Source: Candidatus Geocrenenecus huangii
GTDB taxonomy: Archaea; Thermoproteota; Nitrososphaeria_A; Caldarchaeales; Wolframiiraptoraceae
Length of the DNA: 23,650 nt
Assembly: GCA_023254095.1 (NCBI GenBank)
Contig: JALNLM010000017.1
Span: forward strand, 1-23,650
Direction: 5' to 3'
Numbering within the stretch: position 1 is the stretch's first letter; every line of letters begins with the position of its first letter. This document shows positions 17,740 to 23,650 of the stretch, one piece after another. A model generated the notes under the pieces. That model was not told where the DNA came from. It saw only the letters and a list, made by a program, of their open reading frames with translations, and did no database searches. The translations under genes were made by a program, and so were the position numbers.

Positions 17740-18726
17740 ATGGTTGAAACAGGGCCTCCATCTCTCCATCATGTGGAGATAGAAGTACCTATATGGTTTT
17801 GGGAACTATACCATGCAATAATACTAGTCTTCATAGCTATTGACCTACTTGCAGGTGTTAGAAGGAAGCATGCTATGACGTACAAGGAGGCTGGCGCGTG
17901 GTCAGCCTTATGGATAGCGGTAGGTTTAGCGTGGGGAGCATTCGTATACTGGTTTGCATTCCCGGAAGATAAATTGCATGCTATGGCATTATACTACGCT
18001 GCATTCGTTGTAGAGAAATGTTTAAGCATGGATAACTTATTCGTCTTCGCCGTGATCTTTAGCTATTTCGCTGTTCCACTTCGAACACAGCCAATCGTAC
18101 TATACGTTGGAATAATTACAGCGATCGTGTTAAGAGCAACATTTATAGCTGGAGGACTATGGCTAATAGAGCAATTCCACTGGACTATATATGTCTTCGG
18201 AGCAGTCTTAATATATTCGGGATACAAGCTACTAAAAGCTGGAGAAGTAAAAGTGGATCCTTCAAGAAATCCAGTTATAAGGTTTGCTCGGAGATTTCTT
18301 CCTATAACCGATTATTATGATGGGGCCAAGTTTGTTGTTCGCACAAAACAATACGGAAAATTAATGTTCACTCCCCTGATACTGGCTTTACTTGCAATTG
18401 AAACATCGGATATAATATTTGCATTTGATTCTGTTCCAGCAGTTATAGCTATCACGATGAACTTTTTCCTGGCATATACTTCAAATATAGCCGCGATCCT
18501 TGGATTGAGAGCATTATACTTCCTAATAGCTATCACAATGTTTAGATTCAAGTATGTTGGACCCGCACTGGCAGGTATACTGGTCTTCTTAGGAATAAAA
18601 CTTATAATTGTACAATTCATCGAAATACCATTATGGCTATCAATATCAATAGTATTCTCAGTCCTAGGTGCTGCGATAATACTTTCGATAATGAGAGGAG
18701 AGGTCAAGAAAGAGATCGAGGAATAA
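17740..18726 (+). CDS. TerC/Alx-family integral membrane protein
   Basis: VVEKCLSMDNLFVFAVIFSYF, LLAIETSDIIFAFDSVPAVIAIT and ILGLRALYFLI motifs. TATA-like sequence TATTTTTAAAC at about 17701. Confidence 0.92.
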   Translation: MVETGPPSLHHVEIEVPIWFWELYHAIILVFIAIDLLAGVRRKHAMTYKEAGAWSALWIAVGLAWGAFVYWFAFPEDKLHAMALYYAAFVVEKCLSMDNLFVFAVIFSYFAVPLRTQPIVLYVGIITAIVLRATFIAGGLWLIEQFHWTIYVFGAVLIYSGYKLLKAGEVKVDPSRNPVIRFARRFLPITDYYDGAKFVVRTKQYGKLMFTPLILALLAIETSDIIFAFDSVPAVIAITMNFFLAYTSNIAAILGLRALYFLIAITMFRFKYVGPALAGILVFLGIKLIIVQFIEIPLWLSISIVFSVLGAAIILSIMRGEVKKEIEE

Positions 18727-18812
18727 ACAGTCAGATCTTTAAGATATTTGAAGCCATTCATGAAAATTTATAACGTGAACTTACTCCTATACTGTTAGAA
18801 TGAGGAAGCTGT

Positions 18813-18938
18813 GCGGGGGTAGCCAAGCCAGGTCAAAGGCGCAGGGCTCAGGATCCATAAAGGAGGATGAGAGCCCCTGAAAAATGGCTAACCGGGGAAT
18901 CCCATAGGGGTTCGTGGGTTCGAATCCCACCCCCCGCA
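18813..18938 (+). tRNA. tRNA-Leu(CAG) with two apparent introns: intron 1 at 18853-18873 (position 37/38), intron 2 at 18880-18899 (about position 43/44)
   Basis: Acceptor GCGGGGG/CCCCCGC, discriminator A, T-arm GTGGG-TTCGAAT-CCCAC, class II variable arm TCCCATAGGGGTTC. Anticodon stem CAGGG/CCCTG with loop CTCAGG^C after removing 21 nt. Removing 41 nt in total gives an 85-nt class II tRNA. Confidence 0.88.
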
Positions 18939-19122
18939 TATCACGTACTTTTCCTCTACCATTATTGATAATAATCGCTTAAAAGGAAATCATGAAAGAT
19001 TAGATGTTCAGACAAGAAAGAAGACACTAGAACCTCATAAATAGAATGGAGGAAATAATAAGTTTCTAGGATATTGAAGAGAAAAACCTATAAATTGAAT
19101 AGAGATATTTACTGGAGGTTGT

Positions 19123-19208
19123 GGGCCGGTAGTCTAGAGGCTATGACGCCGCCCTTACAGATTTCGAGGAGACGGCGGAGGACGTGGGTTCGAATCCCAC
19201 CCGGCCCA
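19123..19208 (+). tRNA. tRNA-Val(TAC) with a short intron (about 19160-19172)
   Basis: Acceptor GGGCCGG/CCGGCCC + A, D-arm GTCTAGAGGCTATGAC, anticodon stem CCGCC/GGCGG, mature loop CTTACA^C, variable AGGAC, T-arm GTGGG-TTCGAAT-CCCAC. Removing 13 nt gives 73 nt. Confidence 0.88.
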
Positions 19209-19328
19209 TCATATTATATTGTGAACGCGGGCAGGTTTATAGGAAATATGGTAAGGCTGTGGTAGACTGTATCAGTAGTAGTCTATGCTTTCTTTGTAGG
19301 CTATGTAAAGCGGATGTGTCCATGTTTC

Positions 19329-20888
19329 TCAGCAGGGTTCTATGGTTGATGGAGGTTTAGAAGATACAGCGTATGTTACCATCGTTACTTTCGGGATCTC
19401 GTTGGTAATTCTCCGACTGATTCTATCCATTATATCGTAGTCTATTCTATGCCAGTCCGCGGTCATCCCATCCATGCTCTCTACTATTCTAATCGTTACG
19501 ATGTATCCTTCTAGTCTCTCGTCTCCCATTACCCCTACCCATTTGTCGTCTCCGACTACTGCGAAAGCTTGCCACACATAGTCGTAGATTCCCGACCTCG
19601 ACAATTCCTCTTCAACTATCGCCGAGGCCTCTCTACATATATTGAGTTTTTCCTCGTTTACTTCTCCGATAATTCTTACTGCTATACCTGGTCCAGGAAA
19701 TGGGTGCCTCCCCCATATCTCCTTGGGTATACCTAGTTTCCTCGCTATCATTCTTACTTCATCCTTGTAGAAGTCTTTCAAGGGCTCCAAGATGTTTAGA
19801 GATATCTTGTCAGGTAATCCTCCAACATTGTGATGTGATTTTATTAGTGCTGAGTGTCTTCCGGTTCTCCCGCTTTCTACCCTATCTGGATATATGGTTC
19901 CCTGAGCAAGCCATCTAGCATTCTCTATTCTAGATGAAACTTCTTCGAAGACCTTTATGAATTCTTCTCCGATGATTTTTCTTTTTTCTTCGGGGTCTCC
20001 TACTCCTCTAAGTCTCTTCAAGAATCTTTCCGATGCATCCACTATAGCCAAGTTCTTTATCCCGAGGTTCTTCAATGTGTTTTCTACATTTTCTTTCTCG
20101 TTCTTTCTTAACAACCCAGTATCGATGAATATGCAGTGGAGCCTTTCACCGATTGCTTTAGATACCAGTACAGCCGTCGTGACAGAATCTACTCCGCCGC
20201 TTACCGCACATATTACTTTCTCCTCTTCTCCAATGATATTTCTTATCTCTTCGATTATTCTCGATACCTGGTCTCCAGGGTTCCACCAAGGACTTATCCT
20301 GCATATTCTTCTCAGGAAATTCTCGAGAATCTTTGAACCATGTTCTGTATGGTAGACTTCCGGATGGAATTGGGTTGAGTAGAATCTTTTATTATCGGTC
20401 ATAGATGTTATGATGCCTGTCTCACTTATACTTGTAACAATCCACCCTTTAGGAGGCTTAACAACAGTATCCCAATGGCTCATCCATACATGGAATTCTC
20501 TCGGCAAGCCATGATAGATATCGTCTTCGTTGATTATCTTTATTCTTGTTCTACCATATTCTCTAATATGGCCTCTCACCAATTCTCCCCCGAATTCTTT
20601 GGCCAGTAAATGATGCCCGTAACATATCCCGAGAACGGGTATATCATAGCTACGGAGATAATCGGAGTCGATTGTGGGAGCATCATCCTCAAGAACCGAC
20701 CTAGGTCCCCCAGACAATATTACTCCGCCTACTCCTCCCTCGATTAAAACTTCCGACAAGTTTTCAGGTTCAATGATCTCAGAGTAGACTCCAAGCTCTC
20801 TAATTCTCCTCGCTATTAGATGTGCATACTGTCCACCAAAATCTACAACGATTATCTTCAACCCCATTATCTCTACATAATACATCAT
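19329..20888 (-). CDS. guaA: GMP synthase (glutamine-hydrolysing), fused glutamine amidotransferase and ATP-pyrophosphatase domains
   Basis: GICYGHHLLAKEFGG, STQFHPEVYHTEHG, CAVSGGVDSVTTAVL, LAQGTIYPD, RHPFPGPGIAVRIIG and C-terminal SSKPPSTIE(PC). Confidence 0.96.
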   Translation of the reverse strand: MMYYVEIMGLKIIVVDFGGQYAHLIARRIRELGVYSEIIEPENLSEVLIEGGVGGVILSGGPRSVLEDDAPTIDSDYLRSYDIPVLGICYGHHLLAKEFGGELVRGHIREYGRTRIKIINEDDIYHGLPREFHVWMSHWDTVVKPPKGWIVTSISETGIITSMTDNKRFYSTQFHPEVYHTEHGSKILENFLRRICRISPWWNPGDQVSRIIEEIRNIIGEEEKVICAVSGGVDSVTTAVLVSKAIGERLHCIFIDTGLLRKNEKENVENTLKNLGIKNLAIVDASERFLKRLRGVGDPEEKRKIIGEEFIKVFEEVSSRIENARWLAQGTIYPDRVESGRTGRHSALIKSHHNVGGLPDKISLNILEPLKDFYKDEVRMIARKLGIPKEIWGRHPFPGPGIAVRIIGEVNEEKLNICREASAIVEEELSRSGIYDYVWQAFAVVGDDKWVGVMGDERLEGYIVTIRIVESMDGMTADWHRIDYDIMDRISRRITNEIPKVTMVTYAVSSKPPSTIEPC

Positions 20889-21110
20889 AGAAGAATCTTA
20901 TAATCTAAGCTCCATACTCTACGTTTTCCTGCAACATCGGTGAGCGGCTGGAACCTTAAACCAGCAACCCTTACAGCCCTATTTAAAATTAAACATGATT
21001 ATTTGATTCTAGGACCTTTCTAATTAAATGGATGAAGATTTTACTCTAGTAGTAACATTCATAGTGGATGATGATAAAGTTTTTTAATTGTTAAACAATT
21101 GTAGCTTGGG

Positions 21111-22508
21111 ATGAAGGATAAAGAAAAAATCTCTTTGTTTCTCGCCATGTTTATTCTTAGCTTATTTATCCTCTCCTCCATCCTAGAGGTTTCAGCTATT
21201 TCCCATCCCAAGTATCTCACTAACCTAGAAATTACCCCTACGTATATGACTGTAGCTGGAGACAGGGTAATAGTATATGATCCTGCGGGAGGCAATCTGC
21301 TATTCATAAGTAAAGAGGGTCGATTAGTAAGAAGTTTACAAGCTCCGAAAAACATAATGGATATTACATCGTCAGGAGACAAAATATTCCTTATTAGTTC
21401 AGCGGATACTGTACTCTACGTCTACGGAGTTCAAGGAGAATACGTCAAGGAGATAGAGTTGCCGGGGCCTCCAAACGACTTTGATGTTTCATCTAGGTTT
21501 TTATCAGTCTCGCTACCCGACAATGGCTTAATAATAGTATTCGACGTCGCCAGCTTAAATGAGTCGTCAAGAATATGGGTTGACGTCGACCATGGAATAA
21601 GCAAGATATCCGTAGACAATAACTTCGTTTATGCTGTAAGATCCGATGGGTTTACTCTCGTTAGAATTGACTTAGAGAGAGACCGGATAGACTATCTTAA
21701 ACTCGATGAAAAGATAGTTGCGTTAAAAGCATCTAATAGTAGGGTATTGGTGGCAACCAGTGATGACACGTTATATATGGTTGCAGAAGATTTTAAGATC
21801 AAGAAGAAGTGGAGCCTAGAGAAGGCCAGCACAATTGATATAGGCTTACACATGCTTTCCGATGGAAGGATAGTATATGTTGCTAGATCAAGGTGGGTTA
21901 TCGGAGAGATCGAGGAGGACAACGTTAACGAAGTGAGAACGGAGGGTAGAATATTCAGCGATGTATTAGATGTTGATAGAGTATGGTTTACTGAAGTTAA
22001 TACTAGAAGGATAGGATGGGTCTGGCTCTCTAGACCTCCAATAGTGCAGAGTATAACAGTAGAGCCTCAGGGAGGGGGATCATTCACAGTTTCTGCGAAG
22101 ATAATAGACCCTGATAAAGAAGATATCAAGGCATTACTAATAGTTACGATTAAGAGCAAGATCCCATATCTTCCAGGAGATAACAAAACATACGATATGG
22201 AATATCTACTAGACAGAGACATGTACGTTTCTGGATTTCAACTAAAAGCCGGTGATGAAGCAGAAGTATATGTAGTAGCAATAGATCCGGTTAATAATAT
22301 TGGTACGAGTCAGAGAATCCCTATAAAATACGTGGAAGAAGAAACAAAGACAGTAACCTTGGTTAGCCCGACGACCGCATCACCCCGCCCTATTGAATTA
22401 ACGGATCTATACATGGTCGCCAGCTCGCTCCTTCTACTCATACCTATTATAGCTGCTTTACTCATTATGAAAACTAAGAGAAAACCGAAAAAGAAGACAA
22501 GAAAATGA
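21111..22508 (+). CDS. Secreted/membrane-anchored hypothetical protein, probable beta-propeller extracellular domain with C-terminal TM anchor
   Basis: N-terminal hydrophobic signal/anchor (LFLAMFILSLFILSSILEVSA). Repeated strands such as AGDRVIVYDPAGGNLLFISKEGRLV, DKIFLISSADTVLYVYGVQGEYVKEIELP and NNFVYAVRSDGFTLVRIDLERD. C-terminal LYMVASSLLLLIPIIAALLIMKTKRKPKKKTRK. Confidence 0.65.
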   Translation: MKDKEKISLFLAMFILSLFILSSILEVSAISHPKYLTNLEITPTYMTVAGDRVIVYDPAGGNLLFISKEGRLVRSLQAPKNIMDITSSGDKIFLISSADTVLYVYGVQGEYVKEIELPGPPNDFDVSSRFLSVSLPDNGLIIVFDVASLNESSRIWVDVDHGISKISVDNNFVYAVRSDGFTLVRIDLERDRIDYLKLDEKIVALKASNSRVLVATSDDTLYMVAEDFKIKKKWSLEKASTIDIGLHMLSDGRIVYVARSRWVIGEIEEDNVNEVRTEGRIFSDVLDVDRVWFTEVNTRRIGWVWLSRPPIVQSITVEPQGGGSFTVSAKIIDPDKEDIKALLIVTIKSKIPYLPGDNKTYDMEYLLDRDMYVSGFQLKAGDEAEVYVVAIDPVNNIGTSQRIPIKYVEEETKTVTLVSPTTASPRPIELTDLYMVASSLLLLIPIIAALLIMKTKRKPKKKTRK

Positions 22509-22570
22509 TCTCATAAGGCTAATCAAGTAAGAAATAAGAAAAATATCGCTGGGATGAATATATTGGACGG

Positions 22571-23507
22571 CTATACTCCTTTCTTGAATAATTGGATTAC
22601 TATGTAGTTTACTGATAGCTCTGTTATGCTAGAAGGTAGAGAATTAAATACCTGGTTTATCAAAGCCTTCTCTTTAGGTAACCCCTTATCGAGATTGAAT
22701 TCTTCCAGCAGCTTCGGCCCATACATTTCTGCTTCTTTTATTAGTCTACTAAGTGTTGGCATACCCATTTCTTCCGGAGTTACCAAACTCATCATCAACC
22801 CTAAGCTTTTTTAAAATCCTTCCACATCGCTTGAAGGAGCCTTCAATATTTCAGAAGTACTTATTTCTAAATCTTTCAACGTTTCATCAACAAATTTTTC
22901 ATGGATAGGTGTAATTGTGAGATGTATGCTTGGATGGATACCCATTTCCGATATACCTCTATGAGCTGGGAAATACCACACCTTCTTAACTATATGATCA
23001 GATAACTTGAACAAGTTGACGTTATCAGATGTAAATGCTATTATGACCGTGGGGCCGCCCATTATCTTGTAACCTATTTCTCTCAATTTACCTGATATTC
23101 GATTCCTAGCGACAATTATATTCTTGGATAGCTCCAGACATCCTTTTTCTCCGATCTAGAAGATAAGACTGAGCTCCAATAAGAGAATATGCATACTTGT
23201 GTGGTTCTAGAGAGATGGATGAAACACCTTCGATTTTGAAATCAAATTCCAATACGTTTTTCTCCCAGCTCCTTCATGAATGGCAGAACAAGTCCACCTA
23301 CACATGCATCTAGGTGAAGCCAGATGTTCTTTTCGTCTACGTCAGCCTGGTATGTCTCGGTATTTACTTTAACTCTTTTAACTTTCAGACCCATATACTC
23401 GGCGGCTTTATCATAGCACGGGTGTGCCGTGACAGACATAACTATCTCTGGAATAGTCATGAATCCTCTAACGAGTATGAATTTATCTGTAGTAGCCTTA
23501 GAAACCT
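22571..23507 (-). pseudogene. Decayed PLP-dependent (group II) decarboxylase / sphingosine-1-phosphate lyase-like gene
   Basis: Colinear fragments on the minus strand: SVTAHPCYDKAAEYMGLKVKRV...IWLHLDACVGGLVLPFMKELG (23242-23460), an out-of-frame continuation EFDFKIEGVSSISLEPHKYAYS (PLP-lysine HK motif), MREIGYKIMGGPTVIIAFTSD...GIHPSIHLTITPIH (22811-23086), and the tail MMMSLVTPEE...INQVFNSLPSSITELSVNYIVIQLFKKGV (22571-22798). Confidence 0.8.
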
Positions 23508-23523
23508 AAGAATATATTGTCAT

Positions 23524-23595
23524 TGGACCGGGCGGGACTTGAACCCGCGACCTCCCGCGTGCAAGGCGGGCGATCTCCCACTGATCTACCGGCCC
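23524..23595 (-). tRNA. tRNA-Ala(TGC), no intron
   Basis: Reverse complement GGGCCGG-TA-GATCAGTGGGAGATC-G-CCCGC-CTTGCAC-GCGGG-AGGTC-GCGGG-TTCAAGT-CCCGC-CCGGTCC-A, including the G3:U70 alanine identity pair. Confidence 0.95.
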
Positions 23596-23650
23596 ATATT
23601 TTTATCATGTCTGCCAAAATATAAATTTAGAAATGTATCGAGCAGAAAAG

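Noticed and set aside
19074-19265. + strand ORF of 63 aa
   Set aside because: Spans the tRNA-Val gene and its intron; translation (RRRRTWVRIPPGP) is the typical artefact of translating tRNA T-arm sequence.
19263-19285. TAGACT/AGTCTA inverted repeat downstream of guaA
   Set aside because: Six bp only with no adjacent T-tract in the guaA transcript orientation; weak evidence for a terminator.
20945-20966. Small hairpin GCTGG-aaccttaaa-CCAGC upstream of guaA
   Set aside because: Only 5 bp with a 9-nt loop; not distinguishable from chance and no riboswitch class recognised.
21060-21076. C-box-like GGATGATGATAAAG upstream of the propeller ORF, considered as a C/D box sRNA
   Set aside because: No matching D, C' or D' boxes at suitable spacing, and no complementary guide architecture recognised.
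1-23650. CRISPR arrays, cas genes, toxin-antitoxin pairs or other defence modules
   Set aside because: No regularly spaced direct repeats or recognisable Cas, Argonaute, restriction or toxin-antitoxin proteins in any ORF.

Overview
This window comes from a hyperthermophile-like archaeal genome, probably Thermoprotei/Crenarchaeota (intron-bearing tRNAs, archaeal TATA boxes). From left to right it contains: (1) a molybdopterin oxidoreductase pair resembling pyrogallol/phloroglucinol transhydroxylase. The large subunit is 5'-truncated by the window and split by an apparent -1 frameshift. The Fe-S small subunit carries a C-terminal transthyretin/Cna-B-like domain. (2) hemL and hemC. (3) An island with a divergent IS110-like (DEDD) transposase on the minus strand, whose 3' end overlaps a strongly self-complementary ~145-nt element, a possible structured or guide RNA. 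(4) cobA/sumT and hemD. (5) A compact dissimilatory sulfite reductase locus: dsrM-like, dsrK-like, dsrA, dsrB, dsrD, and a ferredoxin with an Asp in place of one Cys. (6) A convergent radical SAM/SPASM protein, a YeiH-family transporter, a CPBP protease and a TerC-family protein. (7) tRNA-Leu(CAG) with two apparent introns and tRNA-Val(TAC) with one. (8) A fused guaA, a membrane-anchored putative beta-propeller protein, a decayed PLP-dependent decarboxylase pseudogene, and tRNA-Ala(TGC). The strongest candidate for something undescribed is the nested-helix element at about 6105-6252. It sits at the 3' end of the IS110-like gene and contains a 13-nt segment found again on the other side of that gene, in the cobA promoter.
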